The notes beneath the pieces are model-generated. The model made no database searches, was not told the origin of the DNA, and worked only from the letters and a program-made list of their open reading frames with translations. A stretch of 64,000 nt of DNA from Candidatus Omnitrophota bacterium. GTDB taxonomy: Bacteria; Omnitrophota; Gorgyraeia; Gygaellales; Profunditerraquicolaceae. This document shows, piece after piece, positions 55,482 to 64,000 of this stretch. Position 1 is the stretch's first letter. Each line of letters starts with the position of its first letter. The translations under genes and the position numbers were made by a program. The stretch covers positions 501,453-565,452 of the forward strand of contig JAKLGJ010000002.1 of the NCBI GenBank assembly GCA_022710715.1, in the 5' to 3' direction.

Positions 55482-56622
55482 AAAAATCGGGATAGTGCTG
55501 ATCAGCATCGCTATCGTCGGAATAGTGACGATTTATTACCAGGCTTCGTTGCGCAAGATGCAGCGGGTTACCGTTACGCAGAGCGCTTCTCAAGAGCGCG
55601 CGATCGCGGACTTGCAGAGCGAAATGGCCGCGTTCGCTCAAGCGCAGGCGGAACTGAAAAAGGCGTTATCCACGGCTGAAGGGGCGCTGCAGCAGGAGCG
55701 CACGACAACGTTCGATCTGCAGCAGAAACTGGCCCGGAGCATCGGGGAGAATAAACTGTTGAGTCGTAAGATCGCCGCCGCGGTGAAAGACACCGCCAGG
55801 ATTCCCGGTCTCGAGCAGCAGATCGAAAACGCGGCCCGGGGCGCAGAAACGCTGAAGCAGGAAGTGGATACGGTCCGGCATAATTTCGAACTGGTGCAGT
55901 CCGTACGGGCGCGTATCAGCGAGATCGAGCGCAGCCTCGCCGACCTGCGTTTAAAGCCCGGCAAGGAGGAAGTGATCAAGGTCCGTCTTGAGGGTATGAC
56001 TGCGGAATTAGGCAAGATGAACCAGTATCTGGCCGGTTTGCGCGAAGCCAGATCTCCCGTAACGGCGGCGCCTTCCGTTCAGTCGCCGGCGCCGGTCAAT
56101 CTGGAACGGGAAAAGGTCAGCCTTAACGACGAGCTGAAGTTCCGCGAGGAGATACAGTATTTGAAGAATCAGTCGGAAACGGTCGCTAAAGACAACGCCG
56201 TTCTCAAAGAGAAATACCGCCTGGCCCAGGATCTGCTCAATCAGAACAAAGCCGATCTGTCCGGCAAGGAGGAAAGGATATTCTCTTTACAGTCGCGCCT
56301 GATCGAAATGGAGAGCCATGTCAACGAGCTGCAGCGCCGCTATGAGCAGCTGGAAAAGGATGCGGTTTCCCTTAAAGAAAAATACATCGCCAGCGAGCTG
56401 GAAAAGGAAGACGTGCGCAGCAGGCTCGCCCAGACTACCGCGGAGTTGAACGAAGTGCGCAAGAAATTCGTGGATATGCTGGGAAAGATCTCCAGTGTTT
56501 TTAAAGGGACGGAAGAGGCGCAGCACAACGGCGCTGCCGTTTCCCCGCCGGGTAATGCCACCGGAGGACAGGGCAAGGTGGCGGTCGAATTGATCCCGCA
56601 GCAACCCCGGAGCGCTCCATGA
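55471..56622 (+). CDS. membrane-anchored long coiled-coil protein
   Basis: AGGGAG RBS; N-terminal TM then about 340 aa of heptad-rich sequence. Confidence 0.5.
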   Translation: MRNEKIGIVLISIAIVGIVTIYYQASLRKMQRVTVTQSASQERAIADLQSEMAAFAQAQAELKKALSTAEGALQQERTTTFDLQQKLARSIGENKLLSRKIAAAVKDTARIPGLEQQIENAARGAETLKQEVDTVRHNFELVQSVRARISEIERSLADLRLKPGKEEVIKVRLEGMTAELGKMNQYLAGLREARSPVTAAPSVQSPAPVNLEREKVSLNDELKFREEIQYLKNQSETVAKDNAVLKEKYRLAQDLLNQNKADLSGKEERIFSLQSRLIEMESHVNELQRRYEQLEKDAVSLKEKYIASELEKEDVRSRLAQTTAELNEVRKKFVDMLGKISSVFKGTEEAQHNGAAVSPPGNATGGQGKVAVELIPQQPRSAP

Positions 56623-57215
56623 GCACGATAGTTTCCGGTACGATGATTCTGCTGTGTGTCTTGTACGCGCTGGCTGTGCCGCGCGCATCTTTTGCCGGGC
56701 GGAGCCCGGTCGCCGAGCAGGTCGATGCGTCGTCGGTCCGGCAGGAGAAGATCAAAAAAGCCAGAGAATTCTATGCCCAGGGGCAGAAATTCCTGCGGGA
56801 AGGCAATTATTCTGCAGCCAACGAGGCCTTCGGCAAAGCCGAGCTGGTGCTGGGGCGCGAAGCGCCCGCGCAACTTTATGAAGCGCCGCCGGCGCCGGCC
56901 GATGCCGCTGCGGCGGAGCGGATAATCCCGCTGCCGGTTCAGGACCCGTCTTTTTATTACAATGCGGGAGTGGAGGCTTTGAAGAAAGGCGCATATAAAC
57001 AGGCGGAGGAAGCTTTCAGGAAATCGTTGAGTTTCGATCCGCAGGATAAAGACGCCTGTTATAATCTTGCCGTGCTGTATGAGAATTATCTGGGCAACAA
57101 GCGCGAAGCGCTCAAATATTACCTGCGTTACGTAAACCTGGCGCCTGAAGCTCCGGACGCGGCGCAGGTCAGGTCATGGATCGATCAGCTCAATACCGAG
57201 GTGTCCGCGGAATGA
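56619..57215 (+). CDS. secreted TPR-repeat protein
   Basis: signal peptide; TPR repeats. Confidence 0.6.
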   Translation: MSTIVSGTMILLCVLYALAVPRASFAGRSPVAEQVDASSVRQEKIKKAREFYAQGQKFLREGNYSAANEAFGKAELVLGREAPAQLYEAPPAPADAAAAERIIPLPVQDPSFYYNAGVEALKKGAYKQAEEAFRKSLSFDPQDKDACYNLAVLYENYLGNKREALKYYLRYVNLAPEAPDAAQVRSWIDQLNTEVSAE

Positions 57216-59020
57216 ACGATTACGATCTCGAACAGCTGTTGTTGAACGAAGATCTGATTACGCCGGAGCAGCTGGAGAAGGCTAAAGAGGAGATGCAGCG
57301 GATGAAACGGCCGCTGGAGCAGGTGCTGGTCGACGCCAAGATCATGCCGCGCGCCGTGCTCTACGGAGCGATCGCCAAAAGCCAGGGGTTCAATTACGCG
57401 AATCTCTCCGGTCTCAAAGCCAACGATGAACTGACCAAGCTTATTCCCGAAGAGCTGGCGCATAAAACCCAGTCGGTGCCTTTCAAGATCGAGAATGACA
57501 CGCTGCATATCGCCCTGGTCGATCCGGCGGACCTGTCGGCCATAGACCAGCTGCAGATGCAGGCCGGTATGTCCCTGGAACTGTACCTTTCGTCTCCCAA
57601 GGAGATCGACGAGGCGCGCGGGGCGATCTACGCCAAGCAGCAGAGCGCCGAAAGTCTTTTGTCCGAGTTGAGCGCCGAGCCGCGTTCGGATACCAAGCCG
57701 GTTTCCGAAGGCGCCAACATCATCAAAATCGTGGATCTGATCATTACCCAGGCAGTGCGCGACCGGGCTTCCGATATCCATATCGAGCCGGAGCAGGAAT
57801 TGTTGCGCATCCGCTTCCGGATCGACGGGATACTCCACGAAATTCCTTCTCCGCCGAAAGAATGGGAGTCGCCGATCATTTCCCGCGTCAAAGTGCTTGC
57901 CGGCATGGATATCGCGGAAAGCCGCGTCCCGCAGGACGGTCATTTTCAGTCCAAGATCGAAGATAAAGTGATCGATTTCCGCGTCTCCACGCTGCCGACC
58001 ATTTACGGCGAGAACGTGGTTATGCGTTTGCTGGATACCGCTTCAGTGATGATCGGGCTGGAGAAACTTGGTTTCGCTCACGATGACCTGGTCAGATATG
58101 AAGAGCTTATTTCCCGACCGTACGGTATTATCCTCTCTACCGGCCCTACGGGAAGCGGCAAGACCACCACGCTGTACTCGGCTTTGATGCGCATCAATAC
58201 CATCGATCGCAACATTATTACCATCGAAGACCCGGTGGAATATCGACTGGGCCTGATCCGTCAGATCCAGGTCAATCCCAAAGCCGGCATTACCTTTGCG
58301 GGAGGGTTACGGGCTATCCTGCGCCAGGATCCGGATGTGATCATGGTCGGAGAGATCAGAGACATGGAGACGGGGATTACCGCCATTCAGTCGGCTCTGA
58401 CCGGCCATCTGGTATTTTCCACCCTGCACACCAACGACGCGCCGTCTTCGGTCACCCGTCTGGCGAACATGGGCGTGGAGCCGTTTTTGATCTCCGCGGC
58501 GTTGATCGGGGTTATGGCGCAGCGCCTGGTCAGGACGATCTGTCCGAATTGCCGCGAGCCGTACGAGCCTACCAAAGGAGTGATGAAAAAGTGGGGGTTG
58601 GAAGGCCGTAAGGATGTAGCGCTTTATCGAGGGAAAGGCTGCGATTTCTGCAAGGGCACAGGTTTCCGCGGCCGCACCGGATTATATGAATTGATGATCT
58701 GCGACGATGAGATCCGGGAGATGATTCTGACCAATACCTCGCAGGTGGTCCTGCGACAGAAAGCCCGCGAAAAAGGCATGAAAACCTTGAGTGACGACGG
58801 AGTGGTTAAAGCGCTGCAGGGGATTACGACGCTGGAAGAAGTTGCGCGCGTCTGCGAGGAACATATCGAACTCAAAGCCGTTCCTGCCGCGGAGTTGAAA
58901 CCGGTGGCTCCGGCTGCGCAGCCGCTGCCCCGCGCTGCTGCCCCGAAGGTGCAGGTTAATACGGCGCAGATGGAAGAATATCAGAAACGTATCGGAAACT
59001 GGCTGGGAGGTAAACAATAA
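57212..59020 (+). CDS. pilB: PilB/GspE-type assembly ATPase with N-terminal MshEN/T2SSE_N domain
   Basis: Walker A GPTGSGKTT, Asp box, His box, tetracysteine CPNC..CDFC; ATGA overlap with upstream gene. Confidence 0.9.
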   Translation: MNDYDLEQLLLNEDLITPEQLEKAKEEMQRMKRPLEQVLVDAKIMPRAVLYGAIAKSQGFNYANLSGLKANDELTKLIPEELAHKTQSVPFKIENDTLHIALVDPADLSAIDQLQMQAGMSLELYLSSPKEIDEARGAIYAKQQSAESLLSELSAEPRSDTKPVSEGANIIKIVDLIITQAVRDRASDIHIEPEQELLRIRFRIDGILHEIPSPPKEWESPIISRVKVLAGMDIAESRVPQDGHFQSKIEDKVIDFRVSTLPTIYGENVVMRLLDTASVMIGLEKLGFAHDDLVRYEELISRPYGIILSTGPTGSGKTTTLYSALMRINTIDRNIITIEDPVEYRLGLIRQIQVNPKAGITFAGGLRAILRQDPDVIMVGEIRDMETGITAIQSALTGHLVFSTLHTNDAPSSVTRLANMGVEPFLISAALIGVMAQRLVRTICPNCREPYEPTKGVMKKWGLEGRKDVALYRGKGCDFCKGTGFRGRTGLYELMICDDEIREMILTNTSQVVLRQKAREKGMKTLSDDGVVKALQGITTLEEVARVCEEHIELKAVPAAELKPVAPAAQPLPRAAAPKVQVNTAQMEEYQKRIGNWLGGKQ

Positions 59021-59026
59021 TTCATT

Positions 59027-60295
59027 ATGCCGGTATATGCCTATAAAGCAGTAGACAATAAAGGACAGGCGGTCAAAGGCGAGATGCAGGCGGATAACGA
59101 GATCGCGCTTACTACCGAACTGGCAAAGCTGGGGTATTTGCCGATCGGCATCGAAATGCTGGCCGAGAAAAAAGAAAGCGGTAATTCTTTAACCCGGATA
59201 TTTTCCGGCGGCAATAAGGTTAATTTCCAGGAACTGGTTATTTTTACCCGGCAGTTTTCCACCATCATCAAAGCTGCGGTCCCGATCATCGAAGGCTTGC
59301 GGGTTCTGGCTACGCAGTCGGAAGACCCGGTCCTGAAAGACGCGTTGTTCAAGATCATCCATGATGTCGAATCCGGCATCAGTTTGTCCAAAGCGATGAC
59401 CAAGCATCCCAATGTTTTTTCCGAACTCTATGTCAATACCGTGATCGCCGGAGAAAGCGCGGGGATCCTGGATAAGGTGTTGATCAAGCTTTCCCAGATG
59501 CTGGAAGAGGATCAGGAGACCCGGCAGAATATTATGACCGCTCTGCGTTATCCCATCATGGTGGTTATCGCTTTGATAGCGGCAGTGGTGGTGCTTTCAG
59601 TGGCGGTCATCCCGCAGTTCGCCAAGATCTACTCGGATGCGAAAGTGGCACTGCCGCTTCCCACCCAGGTGATGATCGTGATCAGCAATATCATCCTGGG
59701 CCCGTGGGCCAAGAGCCCCATCCTCGGGCTGAAAATCCTCTGGTTTGTGCTGCTGGCCGGCGGAGCCGGCGGTTTGTATTTTTTATTTCAGTTCGCGATT
59801 AACACCAAACAGGGCAGGTGGTACTGGGACGGTTTGAAGTTCCGTTTACCGGTGGTGAGCAAAGTATATATCAAGATCACCATGCTGCGTTTCGTCTCCA
59901 TGCTCAACGTTTTGTATCAATCCGGGCTGCCGGTGCTGCATACGCTGGATATCGTCAGCTCGACTATCGGCAATGTAGTGCTGGCCAGAGAGATCGATAA
60001 GATAAAGCGCGATGTGGCCGACGGCAAAGGTATATCCGGAGGCATACTCAACAGCCCGCTGTTTCCCCGCCTGGTCGGGTATATGGTTTCGATCGGCGAG
60101 AAATCCGGCGCATTGACCATAATGCTGGATTCGTTGTACGATTTTTATTATCTGGAAGTCAAGACTACGGTGAAGAATCTGACCACCATGATCGAACCGA
60201 TCATGACTTCGGTCCTGGGCGGAGTGGTCATGGGAATGGCGCTGGCGATCTTCCTGCCCATGTGGAAGATGATACAGGTAATCAAGCAGAGTTGA
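59027..60295 (+). CDS. pilC: PilC/GspF-type inner-membrane platform protein
   Basis: 422 aa, duplicated T2SSF domains. Confidence 0.85.
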   Translation: MPVYAYKAVDNKGQAVKGEMQADNEIALTTELAKLGYLPIGIEMLAEKKESGNSLTRIFSGGNKVNFQELVIFTRQFSTIIKAAVPIIEGLRVLATQSEDPVLKDALFKIIHDVESGISLSKAMTKHPNVFSELYVNTVIAGESAGILDKVLIKLSQMLEEDQETRQNIMTALRYPIMVVIALIAAVVVLSVAVIPQFAKIYSDAKVALPLPTQVMIVISNIILGPWAKSPILGLKILWFVLLAGGAGGLYFLFQFAINTKQGRWYWDGLKFRLPVVSKVYIKITMLRFVSMLNVLYQSGLPVLHTLDIVSSTIGNVVLAREIDKIKRDVADGKGISGGILNSPLFPRLVGYMVSIGEKSGALTIMLDSLYDFYYLEVKTTVKNLTTMIEPIMTSVLGGVVMGMALAIFLPMWKMIQVIKQS

Positions 60296-60296
60296 T

Positions 60297-61142
60297 ATGG
60301 ACGATATAGAGAAGCTCCTGGTCGAACGGGGATTGATCAACCCGGAAACGCTTGATCTGGCGCGACTGGAAGCCGCGAAGAACGGATATTCTGTATGGCT
60401 GTCTTTAGTCAAACTGGGGTATCTTACGGAAACGCAATTAATGGTTTTCTTCGCCCAGGAGAGCGGCATCGCCTATATCAACCTTTCCGATTACCGGATT
60501 GCGCCGGAGGTTCTTCATCTCCTGGACGAGCATTTTTGCCGTCAGAATACGGTCATTCCTGTATGCAAGATCAATGACCTGTTGTATCTTGCCTGCAGCA
60601 ATCCGCTGGATCCCGCGCTTGTTGACGCTGCCGGTAAACATTGCGGATTGAGCGTGGAACCGCTTTTTGCGACCACCGCCGCGATCACTGCGGCGCTTGA
60701 TTATTACTGGAGACTCAACGAGAGGAATTTTTCCGCCGGACAGTTCATTTCCCGGAAGAATCCCCTGAAAGGGGTGGGGTTCTGGAGGGAGTCCGAACGG
60801 TTATTCCTTTCTTTGCCGGTTACCGTGGCGGTCCGCGACCAGGGTATCGCTCTGGCTCCGGCGCAGCAACTTAAGGCGCAAGCCCAGGATATTTCGCAGA
60901 ACGCTAAGGCAATCGGCATTGCCTGTCCGGTATTCTTGCCCAGGGGGGTAAGTCTTTTCATGGAATTTGACGGTTTGAAAAGACCCGGGGCCAGGCAAGA
61001 GGAATTTTGCGCAACCGGAGAAATAATTCGTTGTTTTATGCTCAAAGAACGGGATTATTTTCTGGGTGTGACCCTGGGCGAGCTTGATCCCGTTCTAAGG
61101 CAACGTCTTTTGGAAAAAGCCTTTACGCGAAATACGGCTTGA
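60297..61142 (+). CDS. stand-alone MshEN/T2SSE_N-like domain protein with unknown C-terminal domain
   Basis: N-terminal LVERGLINPETLDLARLEA..LVKLGYLTETQL resembles GspE N-domain. Confidence 0.5.
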   Translation: MDDIEKLLVERGLINPETLDLARLEAAKNGYSVWLSLVKLGYLTETQLMVFFAQESGIAYINLSDYRIAPEVLHLLDEHFCRQNTVIPVCKINDLLYLACSNPLDPALVDAAGKHCGLSVEPLFATTAAITAALDYYWRLNERNFSAGQFISRKNPLKGVGFWRESERLFLSLPVTVAVRDQGIALAPAQQLKAQAQDISQNAKAIGIACPVFLPRGVSLFMEFDGLKRPGARQEEFCATGEIIRCFMLKERDYFLGVTLGELDPVLRQRLLEKAFTRNTA

Positions 61143-61167
61143 CAATTACTATCAGGTATCATAGAAT
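61139..61167 (+). promoter_or_regulatory. sigma70-type promoter TTGACA-17-TAGAAT
   Basis: ttgaca 61139-61144 overlaps upstream stop; tagaat 61162-61167; AT-rich. Confidence 0.5.
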
Positions 61168-61236
61168 ATCATCAAATAGTATTAAGCGTATTTAGGATAA
61201 CTTTTACCAACCCAACTCAAGGCGGTGTGGAAAGAC

Positions 61237-61428
61237 ATGAGCCTCAAAATTTTTACAGCTCAAGAAGTTGCGCAGATGTTGGGGATCTCGAAGCAGACGC
61301 TTTTTCGGTATGAAAAGAAAGGCATTTTCCCTAAGGCTAAGCGCCATCTGATTAACCAGTGGCGCCAATATACCGAAGAAGATATTAAGAAGCTGAAGAG
61401 TATCCTGGGGATAGGTGTTATTCGTTAG
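61237..61428 (+). CDS. stand-alone MerR-type HTH protein, paralog of the HTH fused to the pseudopilin at 47530
   Basis: MSLKIFTAQEVAQMLGISKQTLFRYEKKGIFPKAKRHLINQWRQYTEEDIKKLKSILG, about 65% identical to aa 1-55 of the 47530 protein; ORF may start at GTG 61225. Confidence 0.65.
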   Translation: MSLKIFTAQEVAQMLGISKQTLFRYEKKGIFPKAKRHLINQWRQYTEEDIKKLKSILGIGVIR

Positions 61429-61452
61429 ATCCCTTTCCAACAGAACAGGTGA

Positions 61453-62082
61453 ATGAAGATGAAGAAAGACGTAGATATCAAACAAATGCTTATCATTATC
61501 GGCGGTATTGCGCTCACCATCGCCTGTATAGCTTATGCGGCCTGGCCTTTTATACGGGACCGCATGGAGAGCAGTAAAATGGCTCAAGCTAACCGGGAGT
61601 GGGAGGCAAAAGAGAAGGCCGCAGGCAGGTCCGGACTGGGTGGGTTGCAGGTAGTCATTCCCGGTTCGTCCGCAGTTGTTCCTGCACCGGTAGATCCTGC
61701 CGCCCCAACGCCGGCAGAGCCGCCGGGCGTTGAGCCGTCCGCCGCGTCACAATCTCCGGCGCAACCTGTGCAGGAAGCGAAACCCGTTCCGGAAACCGCT
61801 CCGCTGGTGCCGGAAGCACCCAATCCTTTTTTGACTAAAGAAGAGCGGGAGATCATCAAAAAGCGGGGTATACTGCCGGTACTGGATTATTTGACGGTAA
61901 ACGCGATTATTGTCTCGCCGTCCGGAAGTCAGGCGGTTATTGACGGCCGGATCCTGCGCGAGGGAGATATTATAGACGGCAAGCAGATAGTCCGGATCGA
62001 ACCGGAGCAGGTCATCTGCAAGGATTCGTTCAGGGAATATATGATCAGGATCGGGAACGTAGTGAAAGAACCGGAAGAATGA
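61453..62082 (+). CDS. PilP/GspC-like protein (TM anchor, Pro-rich linker, C-terminal beta domain)
   Basis: AIIVSPSGSQAVIDGRILREGDIIDGKQIVRIEPEQVIC C-terminal domain. Confidence 0.45.
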   Translation: MKMKKDVDIKQMLIIIGGIALTIACIAYAAWPFIRDRMESSKMAQANREWEAKEKAAGRSGLGGLQVVIPGSSAVVPAPVDPAAPTPAEPPGVEPSAASQSPAQPVQEAKPVPETAPLVPEAPNPFLTKEEREIIKKRGILPVLDYLTVNAIIVSPSGSQAVIDGRILREGDIIDGKQIVRIEPEQVICKDSFREYMIRIGNVVKEPEE

Positions 62083-64000
62083 CGCGAATACCGTGGCAGG
62101 ATAGAAGTGGGGTCCGGCTGGCAGGCGCGCTGGTTTGCCTGTTGTTATTGACCGGATGGGAAAGAGTCGATCTCGGCGAGTTTCTGGCGCAGCAGAAAGC
62201 GCAGCAGGCTGCGCCTGGCGGGCAGGCGGAGACAGCGGAGAATCTGACGCCCTATCGGATTTTAGAGAAGATGACCTATGCCTACTCTTCCCTGGAATCG
62301 GTCGACGTCAATCTGGAAGTCTGGATAGAGAATCCCCTCTTGCATATGAAAATAGATTCGATTAATTATATTCATAACGTGGACGATTATAAGAGTGATG
62401 GAAAAGTAAGCGTGTCATTGTTGCTTCCCTACAGCGCGTCTACGTCCCGGTGGGTGCAGACCTATAACTGGAAAGGTATTCCGTTTACCTGGGATTGGGA
62501 AGAACGGGAGTGGAAAACCGAAGAGCTGGAAATTTCCGACAAGCAGCTTAATCGCGCGCTGGCTTACGGGCTTTTTCACAGCCTTTTTACGGTTAAAACG
62601 GACAATGTGGATCTGGAAACGATACGTTTTCTGGGGATCGAGAAGCGGCGGAATAAGGATTGTTATGTCTTGCAGTATGACCAGGATCCCAGGATGTTCA
62701 AACGCTGGGAAACGGTGGGTTCGATCAACACAAAGTTATGGATAGATAAGGAAACGTTCCTGCCGGTGATCATGCGCGCCGAGGGTTCGATCAGCGACGT
62801 GTACTTGCTGCAGCAGGTGGAGTATTCGCATTATAACGCTTCGCCGGAATTGGTCCTGCCTCTGGCGGTGGTGGAAAAAGTGAAACAGGAGCGGGCGATC
62901 CTGGAGAAGAAAGCGTTGCGGTTCCCTGCAGAGATCGGCGCTATCCGCGGTTGGCAGGCGCCGGATACCATCCCGTTTACCTATCTGGACCGGGTGCAGG
63001 TGAAAAAAGATATGGAACGGCTCTTTGACCAGGAATATACGCCGGAAAAGCTGCAGCAGGAGGAATTCATTTTTAAATGGCTGGGACTGTTGCACAAGGA
63101 CGCTGATTACAGGATAAGCGCGATCAATTCCGAGATCGACGGGATAGCGGCATATTACGATCCTGCCGGCAAGCGTATCGTGATGGGGGATTGGCTGCAT
63201 CCCATGTTCGCAGAGGCGGTGCTGGTGCATGAGATGACGCATTATCTGCAGGACGCTTTATTCGATACGGAAAACTACCGCAAGAAAGCTGAACTCAAGA
63301 ACAATGAGGACGCGATGATGGCTTACCGCGCCGTCCTGGAAGGCGAAGCGACTGCGGTGATGCTGGAATATTTGCTCAAGAAAGACAAGAAGGATTTTAA
63401 ATCCCTGCCCGACGTTGCCGGCCAGATCGAAAAAGACCTTTTGCGCGAGGAAGCGTTCACCCGCGATAATGTTTATTATAATCTGTACACGTACGGGACG
63501 GCTTTTATGCAGGCGTGCCTGCGGTCGCATGACTGGAAGTGGCTCGACGAGCTGTATAAGGCCCCGCCGCTTTCCATGAGGCAGATTTTGCACGCGTCGG
63601 ATTATATCGACGCGGAACGGCTGCCGACGACTGCCGCTGCGCTGCGGGTACCGGTGTTGCCGCCGGGATGGCAGACGATCTATTCCAACCGTCTGGGAGA
63701 ATTCCTGATCGACCAGTCTTTGCGTCAGTTTTTGAGCCGCGATCGGGCGGAAGATTGCGCCCAGGGGTGGAAGGACGATACGCTCTGCGCGCACGTGAAT
63801 GCCGCAGGAGCTCGGTGCGTCACTTTCTGGACGAAATGGGACAGCCAGGAGGACGCCGAAGAATTTTTCAAGGGATACGCCGATTGGTTGCGTAAAAAAT
63901 TCGCCGCAGCGCAATTCGAGGATAAGCCCGGATATGTCTGCGCGGCGCTCGAAGACAATGAGTTCTTTTTTTGCAGCCGGGATGCGGATGTAGTGTGCAT
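62079..64000 (+). CDS. HExxH-motif (HEMTH) putative metallopeptidase-like protein, 3'-truncated by window end
   Basis: read manually: ATG 62079 (ATGA overlap), no in-frame stop to 64000 (over 640 aa); absent from ORF track because no stop; N-terminal TM; LVHEMTHYLQD at about 63220. Confidence 0.55.
   Translation, partial: MTRIPWQDRSGVRLAGALVCLLLLTGWERVDLGEFLAQQKAQQAAPGGQAETAENLTPYRILEKMTYAYSSLESVDVNLEVWIENPLLHMKIDSINYIHNVDDYKSDGKVSVSLLLPYSASTSRWVQTYNWKGIPFTWDWEEREWKTEELEISDKQLNRALAYGLFHSLFTVKTDNVDLETIRFLGIEKRRNKDCYVLQYDQDPRMFKRWETVGSINTKLWIDKETFLPVIMRAEGSISDVYLLQQVEYSHYNASPELVLPLAVVEKVKQERAILEKKALRFPAEIGAIRGWQAPDTIPFTYLDRVQVKKDMERLFDQEYTPEKLQQEEFIFKWLGLLHKDADYRISAINSEIDGIAAYYDPAGKRIVMGDWLHPMFAEAVLVHEMTHYLQDALFDTENYRKKAELKNNEDAMMAYRAVLEGEATAVMLEYLLKKDKKDFKSLPDVAGQIEKDLLREEAFTRDNVYYNLYTYGTAFMQACLRSHDWKWLDELYKAPPLSMRQILHASDYIDAERLPTTAAALRVPVLPPGWQTIYSNRLGEFLIDQSLRQFLSRDRAEDCAQGWKDDTLCAHVNAAGARCVTFWTKWDSQEDAEEFFKGYADWLRKKFAAAQFEDKPGYVCAALEDNEFFFCSRDADVVC

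Noticed and set aside
1-64000. CRISPR arrays, tRNA/rRNA genes, transposases/integrases, prophage genes
   Set aside because: No direct-repeat/spacer periodicity, no tRNA-like cloverleaf candidates in intergenic gaps, and no recombinase or transposase-like translations were seen

Overview
64-kb window of a high-GC (about 58-60%) bacterial genome. It is densely coding and almost entirely + strand, with roughly 67 supportable CDS, no rRNA, tRNA, CRISPR or transposase genes, and a few AT-rich promoter islands. Main blocks, in order: nitroreductase; TrkH/TrkA K+ uptake; TolC-MacA-MacB efflux; a tandem radical-SAM / TPR-glycosyltransferase-like block; c-di-GMP signalling proteins (REC-EAL, REC-GGDDF-MshEN, two PilZ); a macro-domain protein; a candidate structured ncRNA with twin terminators; a DUF362-polyferredoxin-DUF362 module; ArfB; two giant paralogous secreted proteins (1414 and 1658 aa) carrying glycolysis-derived domains, including an apparently circularly permuted enolase-like domain and a PEP/pyruvate-binding ATP-grasp domain; an [FeFe]-hydrogenase locus (TM1266-like regulator, hydG, hydF, then a NuoE/HndB/NuoF/HydA-type hydrogenase); two tandem ComFB-CheR fusion methyltransferases; and a type IV pilus / T2SS-like assembly cluster. 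The pilus cluster's first pseudopilin is fused in frame to a MerR-type HTH domain, and a paralogous stand-alone HTH gene heads a second pilus sub-cluster. The most novel-looking feature is the giant paralog pair at 27026-36342. All calls come from reading the translations and sequence by eye; no database search was run.
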